Part shown: positions 37,825-51,365 of the stretch, one piece after another | Layout of the letters: each line of letters begins with the position of its first letter | How positions within the stretch are numbered: the stretch's first letter is position 1 | NCBI GenBank assembly: GCA_010093605.1 | Contig: MU004185.1 | Coordinates: 2,005,334 to 2,069,333, forward strand | DNA length: 64,000 nt | DNA from: Lophium mytilinum | Taxonomy: Eukaryota | Reading direction: 5' to 3' | Made by a program: the position numbers and the translations under genes | Notes under the pieces: model-generated | What the model was told of the DNA's origin: nothing | Seen by the model: the letters and a program-made list of their open reading frames with translations, nothing else | The model's database searches: none

Positions 37825-38187
37825 GTCTGCAGATAGAGGGAGAGTGACTTCAAGAAAGAATGCGCGTCGATAGTTGCATTTGCCTCACACGAGCAAGGGA
37901 GAGGGGTTTGTAAGTGTGAATCATTTTTTCCGATTACCTATCTGAACACCCACGTCCAGGTGACGTTTGGCGGGGCAGCAAAGGCCGATCCACTCCCCGA
38001 AAACCCACGCCCAAGCAGCCCAGCAACCAACCCATGCTGCATGCCGATATGTGATCCCATACACTAAAAGGAACTGCATTATCGCAAAATCTAAACATCC
38101 TGCCGAATGACGCGCCCAATGCACCGCCGATCGTGTTCTTCGCATGGCCGAACGTCTCCGAGCATAATCCTGCCCGCCGTGGGGAGA

Positions 38188-39187
38188 CTACTCCTCGTCA
38201 CCGATCTGTTGTGAATATGTTAGATTATTGGGTAACAATACAGATAGGGCACTATGCGGTACCTTTGGCGCGAGGTAGAATCTCAGGTAGCTGTTGTTAG
38301 CCAGCGCATACTCGACAAGCAGGGGCACCTCGTTGGAGAGGCACAGCTTGACTTGACCAGAGAGGCTGCTGGCCTTGCAGAAGCCGACGAGGTACTTGAG
38401 CGAGAAGGTGAGGGAGACAGGCTCTGTCAGGTCGATCTCGACATTCATCTCTGGCTTGTCGACGTTGGTGTGACTTCGTAGCGTGACGGATCCAGACCCG
38501 ATGTCGCCCTGGCAGGCAAACTTCACGCCTTCCTTGCTGCACTCGATGGAGACTGCAGCGAGGTCAGCAGCTATCTCAGGATAATAGTAACCAATGTACT
38601 TTAACTGACCGGATTCTGATAGGGCCATCAAGTCTCTGCAGATGCGTTGGAACTCAGCCGAAGGCATCGAGATGGTCGCAGCGTACTCCGTTTCGGGAAT
38701 GCCCAGATGCTCCTGGTCGATGTCCATGAGCTTGATGTCATATTCGCTGATTCTGTCGCTCTCGGCGCTCTCAAACACGAGGTTCACAACATCTGGCGCG
38801 TCCTCCGCTTTCAGTGTCAGGATGTCCTCATTCTGTGCGGCTCGCAGGACTTTGGTGAGCGAGGTGAGGTTGATGCCGAGGGCAATGTTTCGGTCGCATC
38901 GGAAGGGTGAGAAGCTTTCCGACTTGAGCATCATGGACACGAGAGCGACGTGGGAATTGTCCATGGCCTGGAGGGCGATACCAGAGTCATTGCAGTCGAA
39001 GTTGCAGTCCTGGACCAAGTCCTTGATGGCATCGACCACCTGGAGTGGTGTTAACAAGTGGTACATTCAAGGTAGATGTGACACCCGAACCTTCTTGAGG
39101 AGATTGGCCTGTTCTAAACGTGCTTCAAGCACTGCACCGCGAAGTTAGTATTCCAGCCTGGGTTGTAGGAGGAGAGCATTGCATACT
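38188..39187 (-). CDS. POL30: Proliferating cell nuclear antigen
   Basis: [42 protein letters not shown]. Start codon split A|TG by intron 39132-39186. Confidence 0.96.
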
Positions 39188-39940
39188 GGTGATAGTGTGA
39201 GGATCAAGGAGGACGAGTAAAGCAAAGTATGCGTGTGTCACGGTGTGAAACTGAGGATTGGAAGCAGAAGGTAGGCTGTTGTTGTATGGGTCAGTTTTGG
39301 TGGGATCGAAACACGAGAATCGAAACCCACGCGACGCGATTTGGCCGCTGACTAAGAAAATCAATTAACAGTCACGTGAAATCAGATGCTTGACCTCGAA
39401 ATTTAGTTTGAATTATGTTAGTGTAGAAGCAGGGACACGGCACCGAGACCACATTACCGGCTAAGTGGAATGGATGTGTTGACTAACTCCAAGCAGTAGT
39501 GGGGATGACAAATTGTTTAAGACCATCTTATTCACGTTAGTGTGCATGCGTTCATGTAGAGTCTTTATGATGCCCTAAAGCGTGCTGAGGAGCCGCGAGC
39601 ATGGGGTATGTAATTGGTCTAAGTGCTATACAAGCCAGTATGCGCGGACGGATGCCCTATCCAATAGGTATGCGTAAGCCCACCTTCGACGTCTAGTCCA
39701 GCTACTCTATGTCGGAGGAGTCATCGACGGCCTTCTCCGTCGTTCCATATTATATCTCGTCGCTCGTCCGGGGATCAAGCTAGACGGAACTTCCCCCGCC
39801 ACATCTCGAAGCCTCCCCACGCCATACCGATCGGAGGCTCTCTAGGCATCTTCAAACCCTACACCGTCCCCTCGCCACCGTACGCACCATGCATGATCCC
39901 GCATCTCTTTCCAAATGGAGTTCCTAACCCGCCTCCATCC

Positions 39941-40339
39941 TCATGCCCGAACCAGCCCATAAAACAACGTCCACGTCAACACAAACCCACTCATCCCACC
40001 AAACACCTCGCCCAGCCACAGATCCCCAAGCGGGCTATGGAAGTACTCGGAAGCCTTCCCCTCAGCCCGGAAGGCGAATATGAGGACCGACACCAGCAGC
40101 GACGCGGCCAGGTAGAATATGAAGCCGGGGTAGGACTCTAGTCCGAGGGTGCCGGCGGCGACGCCGAAGAGGGACGCGGTGAGGCTGCGTATGTTCGAGA
40201 TAGTCTAGAGGTGGCGATGTGAGCGGGAGGCTGGGGGGGACTGGAAGGGATGACACGAGCGGTGTTGAAGTACCTGCGCGTTGTGCTGCACGCTTGACTG
40301 CACGATGGGGCTTATGGCTAGTTCTCGTTCGTCGAGCAT
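39941..40339 (-). CDS. EMC6: ER membrane complex subunit 6 (Rab5ip family)
   Basis: MLDERELAISPIVQSSVQHNAQ|TISNIRSLTASLFGVAAGTLGLESYPGF...GFVLTWTLFYGLVRA*; one intron. Not in the ORF track. Confidence 0.88.
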
Positions 40340-40939
40340 GATGGAGGCTGTGCTACGGAAGGTGCCGGAGAGGCTGGAACAAGGGGCGAGTTGCTTCTTG
40401 GGCCGGTAGTTCGAGGTGGTTCGTGGGCGTTCGGGGGTGAGGTTGCGACAGCAATTGCTCGGCCGCGCTCGGATGGGGTCGAGTTGCGAATGTCGCGAGC
40501 GGGTCTTACGGGCTTAGCGGACGGATCTTTCAGCTCTGGGACCAGCGTCAGATTCCAGAAATCGGCGGTAACGAACGATGTACTGCGGTCCTATCGCTGT
40601 GTGGTGTACGTACTGCGATGTGATGTCGGTGACGGTGGAGTTTGGAATCACAATGCGCCGAGCCGAAGAACCGGCCGACGTCTGAGCGCGAAGTATCGGC
40701 TTGCCGACTAAACCTAGTTCTGTGGGTCCCGGCTATCCTTGCACCGTCACTTCATTGGGCCATTTTCACCACAGAGAAAAGAGATACGGGGAGAGGGGAT
40801 AGTAGATTCTATGTATTGCTATTTTGAAACACATCGCTAGAACTCGGGCACCAGCGCCGACCATGGGTATATTGCGACCATATCAATGTACAATACATCC
40901 CAAACTCCTGCTTATTCTGGGAGAAAGCAATCAGACTTT

Positions 40940-41864
40940 CTATTCTGCTAGGAGATCACTGTAGTCGTCAAGATACCTGATGTATGTTAGTCTACGGCTC
41001 TGTACCTTTGATTGAAGTACTCACTGCTGCAAGTGTGCCGGAAGAGTGTAGCCAGGCACGTTATGGGCCAGTCTCAGATATCTGAGCGCTTCACGGAAGT
41101 ATCGCTCATTGACTCGCGCATATGACACGTTCCCCAAGCTCATATAAGCTTCAGCGGCCTGAAAAAGTCTTGTTAGTGTGTTTATAGCATGTCCGGACAA
41201 GGAGAAAGACGTACAACAGTCAGGAGGCTTCCGGTCTGATGCCCCTGAGCTAGTGCTAAGTCAACTGCTCGGCCTAGATACTCAATTGCCGGCAAGAGTA
41301 GGCCTCGTGCGACCACATAGTCTGCTGTATGCAATCTCTCCTCGGCCTCCGCTGCAGCTCTAGCTGACCGTCTTTCATCCTCACTCCTAGTCACTGCCGG
41401 CGAAGATGTCATAGCTCCCATGCTACTTCCGCTGCTGCTTGAGAACCCATCCAGCTGGTGTATTCTTGCCAGGTTTGGCTGGGCCCTTGAGAGCCAGTTC
41501 TGACCTATTACTACGCGGAGTCAGTAGAGAGCTTTTGATGATAGATCGGGATCTTACATCTCATGAGATCAACTTCTCCGGGCGCAAGTTCCAAAATAGT
41601 GAGCGCTTGTCGTAGGCACCAATTTGCTATATCAGGTACACCCTCGCTATCTGTGTCGGAGTAGGCAAGTCTTTGGAGGACACCAATGAGCCAGATCTGC
41701 CACTGTCTGCTTGCATACTCGTGATGCACATTTGTGAGCTCCAGGTGTGCAGTGATATGTCTTGCCGCGACAAGATGTTCCCTCCACTGATGTGGCGCCG
41801 TGTCGATTACTATGGCGATCCGGTCCACTGTGGCCGTCGCGGTTTCGAAACTCGGGGCTTCCAT
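40940..41864 (-). CDS. Conserved fungal hypothetical helical (TPR-like) protein; 5' end uncertain
   Basis: Exons at about 41557-41864, 41210-41500, 41025-41160 and a last exon YLDDYSDLLAE*, with canonical splice signals. Confidence 0.65.
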
Positions 41865-44642
41865 GAGGCCTGATCGCCCAGGACACGCTAGTGAAGCTAA
41901 TGGGAGCTGTCTCAAGATGATAGTGTTCAAAAGAGAGATGATGAGGGCGGTTTAGTGACGTAAGTACAGAACCAACGACCTTCGATGATACTTATACTGT
42001 TTTGAAATGGACTTCAGTTATAACGCTGTCCATAGACCTTACCACTTTGGATAGTGTCAAAAAGCAGTGGCGACTGACCGCAGGATGGGAAAAAGCGGCA
42101 TGATAGGCTTCAAGGAAGGTAGACAGGCAAGGGAAGATGAGAAACAGGGCGGCAAGTCGGACATGAATGTCGACGGCTTAATGGAGCATAATATCCCTCA
42201 GCCATCGCGAAAGAAGATTAGAGGGCTGACTCTTCTGCCTGCACCTGTGCAAGTGAACATTAGGGCTTTGCCACTATGCAAGTCTTACGCCGGTGTCTAG
42301 GTAGTCGGCGTATGGTTGTCGCGAATGAGGTCGGTCGGCCGACCCAGTCGGTGATGGCTCCTGGCAGCACCGTCTGTGTGGCGATGGCTGGGCCCCCCTC
42401 ACGATAGAGAACCAAAAGGCCTCGAGCAATGCAGGCCCTCGTAGTTTGGATGCTTGCATGGTGCCAAACCTGAAAAAAGCCCCTAGATTGAGTTGACGGC
42501 CCTCGTAGTAGGCCTTCTAAACACTCGGTCAGCAAAACGCCAGCGGCGATCATACTGAAAAGAGAGAAAAACGACCGTAGACCAACGTGGACAGAACTAC
42601 GGAATGGAAGGGGAGAGAGTAGTGTAGGCGTGAAGTTGGAGGTCGGGGTTTTGTCAGCACCCTCGTCCCGCGAGCGTCGGGCCCCGATCAGTTTAGCCAA
42701 GCATCGCCATGTCATAGCGTGCAGGCGATGAGGTGTGTACCTGATTACATGTACGCGATGGGGAAGCCTAGGAGATAACATAATCAGCAATAATAGCCCT
42801 GGCACGTCATGCCGTCCCCGTTTCGCGCCGTATCTTGACGCCTTGCAAGGCTACGCGGAAGAGTGCCGTGCTGCCGAACTGTCTCGGGCGGTGTTAAGAG
42901 CGAGAGCGCTAGCGAGAGTAGACAATAGATGCCGACGCGACCTTGAAGCAGCCTCTCTAAAGTTGACAAAATACATTCGTGTGGTATTTTCGGATGAAGA
43001 TGTGGAGTCTTGCGCCTACACGAATTGTTAGATATAGGCTTCAGGTGCCTCCAAATGGAGACTCGGTTCCTGTCCAGCAAGTACCCACAATTCAAGACGG
43101 GCTGTGGGTCTCTTTGGTCAGGTTCTATTTGAAGCAAACACTTTAGTCAGCCTCTTCTGCTCCAAATACTCCCACCCACCCTCCTTGATCAATGTTCTTG
43201 CGCAGGACGACTATCGACAAGTCATGAGGACCCCACGATCGTCAACCCCATGACAAAGCGCAAGTGAAAGTCGTCTAAGAGTCCAGTTCGTCCACGGGAA
43301 CAGCGAGGTCGTACCAAAAGCGCCTCTGTTATTATCCTACGATTAGTATCTTTTCGTGCCGGATCGGAAAGAAGTAGGACTTCGTTCCTGGAGTTGAACG
43401 ACGAAGTAGACTGTTAGGGCCGTCCTTGCTCCGAATAGTGCCCGTGGTGGTCGAAGTTCGGCACCGAAGACCAGACAGGACGAGTTGCAGCTGTGTAACT
43501 TGAGGGAGCCAGTGTTGTCGCGGCACGCTGATAGCAGAACCGGAAACTTACAGCTCTAGACGCATGCTGTGGTTAGCATGCAGGTGGCTGCGAGGGTTAA
43601 ATACGGTACTGGGAGCTGACGAGGGAGACTTCATTGGCCAGAATAGCCTCTTCAGGGTTATAAAGCCTTTTTGTTAAGCAGCATTTACAAGATACGCTAA
43701 CCATAGCATGCGTTTAAGGGCTGTACACCCACAGTCTTCCCGCTGCCGAATGTGTTCTCTCTAGTAATTCATATGCATCCTTTGGCACGATGACTTAAAC
43801 ACCGACTTTATACAAACGCAGCGCCAATTTATTATCAAAAGCACTTCTCCAATAGGGGTACGTACTCCTTTCTCAAGCTTATCTGAGCCTATACTCGATC
43901 TCATAGCTTCTACGGGCAAAATCTGCTCTACGTTCCTACAATCACTAAGAAGACCTCTGGCTTCAGCATTAATGCGTCAACTATCACTCTCCCATCGTCT
44001 AGCAGCCATGCTTCTTCCTCTCTTTCCTACTTCTCTTCGAGCTTTCTCGATCGAGTCCAAGACTATCTGCGCGCCTCTCTCGACCCAGCACTCACCACAT
44101 CACCCCTCAGCCCATTGACTTCTCCAACATCGCCAGCTGCCCTACACCACCGCTTCCACAATAAGCCCAAACGTCGCCCAGCTGAAGCCTGTAAAGCTTC
44201 AAATTATATTTCAGAATGCTTGGAAATCGCACCGTCCTATTCGTACCTGCGTGTGTATATGCTTATGATGTTAAATTATATAGGGTAATTAAGAAAACAG
44301 GAAAGGGACAACTCTACCTGTATTTTGAGTCTCTTCGACCTATAGCGTACCCTCATGCCACAGCGGCTGCCTGAAGAACCCGGTGGGATGACAAGGCAGG
44401 CTGAGTTCAGCCTCGCGGCGTCTCCAATAAGAAACTCCCACGGAACTCATGTATGCAGACCCATGTCACTGCATGATTGGCACAGCCTCTTCTTTCAGCC
44501 TGATCGCTCAGCTAGAGAAGTTGAACGTCAACCCACTTTGCACTTCTCATCAGCGAAATCCAACTCTCAGCGCGAAAAGCTTCATTTTCTGGCTGGAAAT
44601 CTCCCAAAAGCAGGCAAGAGCTATTGGTTAAATCTGGTGGTG

Positions 44643-45167
44643 ATGTCGACCTTGCCAAAGACGCCAGTATGCGCGGGGGATAGCCCGCTCTCGATTACCG
44701 CCAACATATTCGGGATCCTGACATTCGCCTACGCCCTCATAGTCGGCGGAATATTATATTCCAACCCGGTCACAAACTCCATGCGGAATGCTCCACGGGA
44801 AATAAAGGACATGTTCGACTGGAGTGAGAGAAGATACATGGAATCAATTCAGCTATATGCCGCTCTCCAAACGGTAGGGGATTCAGTACGAGTAAGGGAA
44901 AGGGCACGCATGGCTCTGCCCCTGCTCGGTGATCTCAGGATCGAGCTGGCCGAGTTTAGAGATAGGGCACACAAAATGGGAAACCCTAGAGACTTTAGTT
45001 ACTACCGGAGGCGAAGTCTGATCCACTCATATAGAAGCCGCGCCCGCTTTCTGCTCGAGAAGGAGAAGTTGGAGAAACTGCGAGAGAAAATCGACAGCAA
45101 GTTTGCGGAGGCTAAAGGGCATGCAGAGAAGATTGACATACAGTATAACCCCGAAATACCCATCTGA
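44643..45167 (+). CDS. Hypothetical protein with N-terminal DSPLSITANIFGILTF hydrophobic segment and coiled coil
   Basis: ATG 44643 inside the 270-aa ORF; the N-terminal motif resembles a fungal accessory-protein family. Possible frameshifted continuation to about 45700. Confidence 0.6.
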   Translation: MSTLPKTPVCAGDSPLSITANIFGILTFAYALIVGGILYSNPVTNSMRNAPREIKDMFDWSERRYMESIQLYAALQTVGDSVRVRERARMALPLLGDLRIELAEFRDRAHKMGNPRDFSYYRRRSLIHSYRSRARFLLEKEKLEKLREKIDSKFAEAKGHAEKIDIQYNPEIPI

Positions 45168-46724
45168 CCTAGGGGACCGTCTTACTGATGCGCAATGGTA
45201 TAGAACAGACCCCAACGTTCAAATACGCGAGATGCTATACGGCATTATCGAAGTCGTCCATAATACCCAGGACATGACCCGTTTCCTTGTCGAGCCACAG
45301 CAGTAAGTCCTTGTAGTTGCATTCTCCATTAAAGGATACGGGGTTCTAATTGCCTGCTTTTTTCCAGTAATAAGATGACCACGATGGAGCAAATGGAGCT
45401 TCTCATACGCCAACAACAGGCTCTCGGACAAAGACTAGAAGAGCTTCACAAATCGTTGTTGGTGTCAGAACGACAATATCCGCCAACGGAAGACAACGAA
45501 ACCGAAAGCATTCGTCAACAACTATCTGTTGGCCAAAATGATTCAGCATCGATTGGTGAAAATGGCGAAGTCGATGATAGAACTCCAGCTGGGCGTGAAA
45601 ACGCGTAAGTCATACATGAACCTTTTGAAATAGGCTTCTGTACTGACTAAACTTCTTTAGAAGAAACGAGTATACGTCCTACGAGGAGATGGGCCTAATG
45701 CGTCCCATATCAGCGGTTGGTAAAGAAACTCAAGGGACGAGCGATACAGGCCCAATCGACAAACAACCTTAAATGGCAGGCGAAGACGAGGCATCCCCTA
45801 TAAATCCAGAGGGCATGAATATCCTCACAGCTTCGATCACTCCTGAAGCTTCTATAACGCCATCTGGAGCTGACAACTCTGGCCCGGCCCTCAAAACGGA
45901 ACCGGGCGGCCAAAAAGATTGAAACGCAGAATGATGCAATTGGGCACACCACCTGGAAACCTATTTCTTTTTCCAGCTATCGAGTTTTAGCTTCTGGTAT
46001 TCTAGAGCATGGACGCTTGTTATAATTTGCACATGACTTCGCGAGGATCTTGCTGTGGGATGTGATGCATGTAGAATAGTTCACGGTATTTCACGAACTA
46101 GAGGTATGAATTAGAGCCTTAGTCTGGGCTCAAAGATAGAACATTGAGGCGACTGCTGGGGGTCGAAGGAGTACAACGAGCCCGTAAAAGCTAGGCCTTC
46201 ATGAAGTGAATAAAATTCGGAGATGAAGATTAGACTTATCTTGCGCTATTCAAATTGTATTATATGATAAAATCACAATGCATGTATAGATAAATTCGTA
46301 AGAGCATCCCCGCTATGACCCGCCAGGCATGGAATCACATTAAATGGAACTCTCGCTTAGTAAACCGAGCCCCAACGTTATGAATTTTCCTGTGCTCCAG
46401 CATTTGTTAAATTTTCTGAAATTAAAGGGAGCTATAAGCGGGTGCTAGGAGACCACAGCGTAATTATTTCAAGTTATGCATCCTATATTGCGTGGTTGAA
46501 AGGTACCAAAAGTATTTCACTGCCCCCAATTTTGGAGAGTTCCATTTAATCTGATTCCATGCCTGCCGCATGACGTCTAAATGACCCCTCCCTCTCCAGT
46601 CCCAAACCATGACAGCTACAATGATCATTCGAAAAGATCTACATTCCCAAAACACATCCACAAACTTCTCGTCCTCTCCTCTCTACCCTCCTGAATTATT
46701 CCAAACCTCTCAAAAATCATCATC

Positions 46725-47810
46725 ATGGCCAACGCTACGAGAAAAGAGCTAATCGGCAAGGTATACAAGATGATACCACCAATGCTCGAGAGCTTCCACA
46801 AAGGCACTTCCCCCATTGCCCACTCCACAGCTTGAAAACTACCATACTAACCTCCCCTCAGGTCAATTGGGCCGCGTAGCAGTCATAGGCGGCAGCGAAG
46901 ACTACACCGGCGCCCCCTACTTCTCCGCCATGGCCTCCGCAAAGCTAGGGTGCGACATGGTAATCTCCCCCCTCCCCCTCCCCCTCCCCCTCCCCCCTCT
47001 TTAACTTTCTCCTAGAGCCACGTAATCTGCGAGCCGGGCGCCGGCGCCGTGATAAAAACCTACTCCCCAAACCTAATGGTGCACCCGTACATGCGGCAAT
47101 CCAAAAACCTCGCGAGCACGGAATCCCTCGACAGCGTCGCCTCCGAAGTCGTCGGCATGCTCTCGCGCCTCCACGTCGTCGTCATCGGACCGGGTCTCGG
47201 CCGCGACAAACTCATGCAGGACACCTGCGCGCGCGTCATCGCCGAGGCGCGCAAGCAGGGCATCCCGTTCGTGCTGGACGCGGACGGGCTGTTCCTGGCG
47301 CAGACGCGGCCGGAGCTGGTCGACGGCTGCAAAGAGTGCATCCTGACCCCTAACATAGTCGAGTTCGGGCGGCTGGCCAAGGCGAAGGGCGTGGATGTGG
47401 CCGAGGGGAAGCCGGAGGAGCTGTGCGCGAGGCTGGCGCGGGCGTTTGGCGGCGTGACGATTATCCAGAAGGGGGCCAAGGACTATATTAGTAATGGGAC
47501 GACAACGCTGGTGTCGGAGGGCGAGGGCGGGTTGAAGAGGAGTGGTGGGCAGGGGGATACGTTGACGGGGAGTCTGGCGACGCTGTTGGCGTATCGGAAG
47601 GCGTATCTAGATAAGATCTGGGAGCATGAGGGGGATTTGGGGAGTGAGGAGACGCTGGCGTTGGCGGCGTATGGGGGTAGTGCGATTACGAGGGAGTGTT
47701 CGAGGTTGGCGTTTAAGGAGAAGGGGAGGAGTTTGCAGGCGGCGGATTTGACGGAGCATGTGCATCAGGCGTTCCTGAATGTGATTGGGGAGAAGGAGAG
47801 CAAACTTTGA
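46725..47810 (+). CDS. NNR2: ATP-dependent (S)-NAD(P)H-hydrate dehydratase (YjeF-C/carbohydrate kinase family)
   Basis: [52 protein letters not shown]; introns 46804-46861 (GC donor) and 46960-47015. Confidence 0.92.
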
Positions 47811-47991
47811 GGAGGGTCTTCTCTCCCGTGTATTATAGTAACACTTGCAAATTGTAACAAGCGTCGATGCTACACTGAAATCTAGCTAAAGTTTCGGAAC
47901 TAAGTAGCTCTCCAATATCGCCCTCCATAGAAATACAGATAACCCCGGCCCAACACCCCCAATGCCCAAAACGCCAATGCCACCGACCTAA

Positions 47992-50815
47992 TCAATGTTT
48001 CCGCGTCTTGCCATCAACCTGTATGGGCACTGCATGCTCTATGCGCAACCACTCGCCGTTGAACGCGTTGACGAGCCAGCTGCTTAGTTCTGCGAGAGCG
48101 TTAGCTATACTCAAATCATGTCGGTGGACTGCGCTTACTATCATAGACGATGCGATTCGCGTTGTGGAAGTAGATGCTATGATCCGAGTCCGGGAAAACG
48201 TGCACGTCGTAATTCTCCACACCTCCCAGATCTAGTTTGTCTAGTAGAGTTAGGGAGTTCTGCATGTGCACATTGTCGTCCGCAACGCCATGCATCAGGA
48301 GGAAGCGGACGTTCTTGGCGAGGGATTGGACGTCGTGGATGGAGGAGTTGTCGTAGCCGGCGGCGTTATGCTGGGGGGTGTGCATGTAGCGTTCCGTGTA
48401 GATGGAGTCTGGTTTGATCAGTATAACTCATCAGACAAAACAGGGAAGCAGTGTTCTACCGTAAAATCTCCAGTCAGTGACTGGCGCAACTGCCATGCCG
48501 TACTTGAAAGTTTCTCCTGCGTCAAGCTCCAAAGTCTTGAGCGTCATGAAACCGCCATAGCTCCAGCCCCAAATCGCTATCCTCTCTTCGTCGACGTAGC
48601 TCTTCTTTGACCATAGCTTCGCTACTGAGATCTGATCCTCGGCTTCGTGATAGCCAATGATACCACGAACGATAACGCGCAGATCCCGCCCGAGATAGCC
48701 GGTGCCGCGTCCATCGACCGTGACAACGATGTACCCAAGACTGGAAGCAACATAGGCTTGGAAATCCACGTGGAACTTCTTCTCCACCATCTGCGACCCA
48801 GGTCCTTGGTACATGTAGAACAGGACTGGATACTTCTTCTTTGGATTGAAATGTGGGGGTCTGCGCTCCAGCACGTTGATGTCAAAGCCGTTCACATGGA
48901 CTGTTTCATACTTCAGAATAGGAAGTTCGTGCTCCCTTGCGAGTTTCTCCAGAGCCTTGTTCTCTTCTAGTGTCTTTTCGTAATGGTTGCTGTTGCTTGG
49001 AGTGCTGATCACTTTCTGCCACGGGATGCCAGGGCCTTCGTATGATAGCAGGACGTATCCACCGCCTGTGGAGAAAGAAGTATCGTAGTACCCTTCTTTG
49101 CTAGTATCGGTGATTGCTGTCATGCCAGTGCCATCCAGTTTTACATAGTATGCGTGGCGCTGGATTGAGCTCTCCTTGGTAGAGACGAAGTAGACGAGAT
49201 TCTTGTTGAGGTCTACGACTGACGGAGCATCAACGACTTCCCATTTGCCTGATGTGAGAAGAATCGGCTTTGGGTTGTCAAGAGGCGTGAAATATCCAAT
49301 GTGGTCATAGCCTTCGTGTATGATGGTGTCTATGTAACCGTCATGCTGGCGGCCTTTGCCTGGGTCCGAAGGGATGAAGGTTGTCTTTTGGGAAACTTCG
49401 AACCAGCCTCCATCGATAGCGTTCACGTCGACAGTCCTAACAGTCTTGCCGGTGCGTCTCTCGACATCCATAAGAACAACTTTGAGGATGTCGCTTTCTC
49501 GGTTCGTTTCTCGCACCAGGACCTGCTTGCTGCGGCCAGCCCATATGATTTCGGTGATGAGGCGATCAGGGTCCGCAAAATCATCTTCGATATCCACCGA
49601 GAAGACTTCGTTCTTGGCAACATCGTAGAACTGTAGCGTTACGGTAGGGTTCGGCGCGCCAGATTTGGGATACTTGATGTTTCGGACTTCTGGATAGTTC
49701 TCTTCTCCAGGCTTTGGTTTCTTTCCACTTGGCCTGGAGAGGAAATACTGGACGGGAAACGTAGGAACAGCAGACTCGTCGGTTCGGAGGAAAGCAATGT
49801 ACTCGCCATCCTCAGACCACCAGGTTGCACTGTTACCAGAGAAGACCTCCTCTTCGTACACCCAATCAGGAACACCATTGAAGAGCTCCGAGCCGCCGTC
49901 TTTGGTGATTTGAGTAACCGAGTCGGAGCCCAAGTGCCGTAGGAACATGTTGTTGTCCCTGGTGAACACAACGGCATCTGACTGTGGCGACCAAGAAGCC
50001 AATTGAATCTTTGTCCCCGGTTTCGCAGGATCGAGCGCTTCGCCAGTTTGCTTTTCTACGTCGAAGATCCAGTACAGCCCGATGAAAGAATGTCTCCAGT
50101 TCTTCTCCTCTTCGGACAACACGAGTACTTTCTTGAAATCTTTACTAGGCCAGACCCTGCTCGGGCTCACGAATTTGTCCCCAACAAAGAATGTCCCCGA
50201 CTTCATGAGCGTAGTCTTATCATCAGAAGATACATCGCCTTCTGCGCGCCGAATGTCCTCCACGACGAGATAGTCCGACCCGAATACACCACCACGTTCA
50301 AGCAGCAACCCGTCCTCGCCCTTAGGGCCCGCGATCCAAGAAACGCTTTCATGACGAGGTCTCCATTCCCCATTCATAACCTGATCCAGGGTAACCTTCT
50401 TGCCAGAGCCCCTCGAAGCCGTCGCGAGAGGGTCGTGGGGCCGCTTCGAGGCGTGCTTGTAGCTGCCTCCCATGACGAAGACAACCAGCGCAAGACCCCA
50501 TCCCACGGCGCAGACCACTCCCATTATCCATAAGAGCCGCCGTGCTTTCCTGTCTACTGGCTGGATGGGAGCGAAGCGCGCATCTTCCACGTCGAAGTCC
50601 TCCGCCCGCCTGTCATCATCGTTGTGGTGGTCATCTCGATATTTCTCTTGGGGTCGCGAGGTCGCCGCTTCGCCGTTGATGTGCTCGAGGACGAGGGATG
50701 TGGTCGAGACCGAGGATATTGAGGCGTTAGAATCGTCTTTGGAGGTTCGCGAGGGTATCTCTTCTTTGGTGAGAGGCAGAGTCTCTTCGTCATTCACGGC
50801 GCGTTCCCTAGGCAT
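47992..50815 (-). CDS. DAP2: Dipeptidyl aminopeptidase B (S9B, type II membrane protein)
   Basis: N-terminal TM segment, DWVYEEE, GWSYGG nucleophile, [15 protein letters not shown]; 2 introns. Confidence 0.93.
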
Positions 50816-51365
50816 GATGGGGTCGAGGTCGAGGGCTGAACGTTATCTCATGGTCTAGTGGAATTCGAATATGCAAATATTCAGAGGTAAGAACAATTGT
50901 GGCTTCAGTTCAGTCTAGGATTCGAGGTTGGCATGCTGCTACATGGCCTGTAGCGGATGGGTGCATTGATGTTCGGAGGTGAAGCCAGGGTCTCTCGGCC
51001 CGGCGTCTCCATAATTGAGAGGCACTAGCCACTTGCTTTGTTGTGAGCATCTAGAACACTAGAAAGAACGGTAGCTATTGAGAACCAGATTTGGAAACAG
51101 AAGTTTCTTTGTATTATTGATAGTTGAGGGCTTTTGCCTCGTTATGACAGTGTCTAAATCTAGCTATGGGAGTAGTAACCATGCGGGCTTAGCTCAAAAG
51201 TAGGTATCCAATCGACGTCGGACAGGCGCGTCGTGGTCCAGCAAAGCTCCTGCCACTGCACTGCTTTTCACGTGGCGCCCTGAAGAAAGCATCTCCTGCA
51301 TATAGCCCATATTTCAGGTGCAACTGGTAGCGGTTGAGACCCGCAAAACTCGTCGAACAGGCCAT

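Noticed and set aside
43850..44190. Minus-strand protein-like frame with two TGA stops (possible recoding or editing)
   Set aside because: No homology evidence; simple pseudogenisation or chance is more parsimonious.
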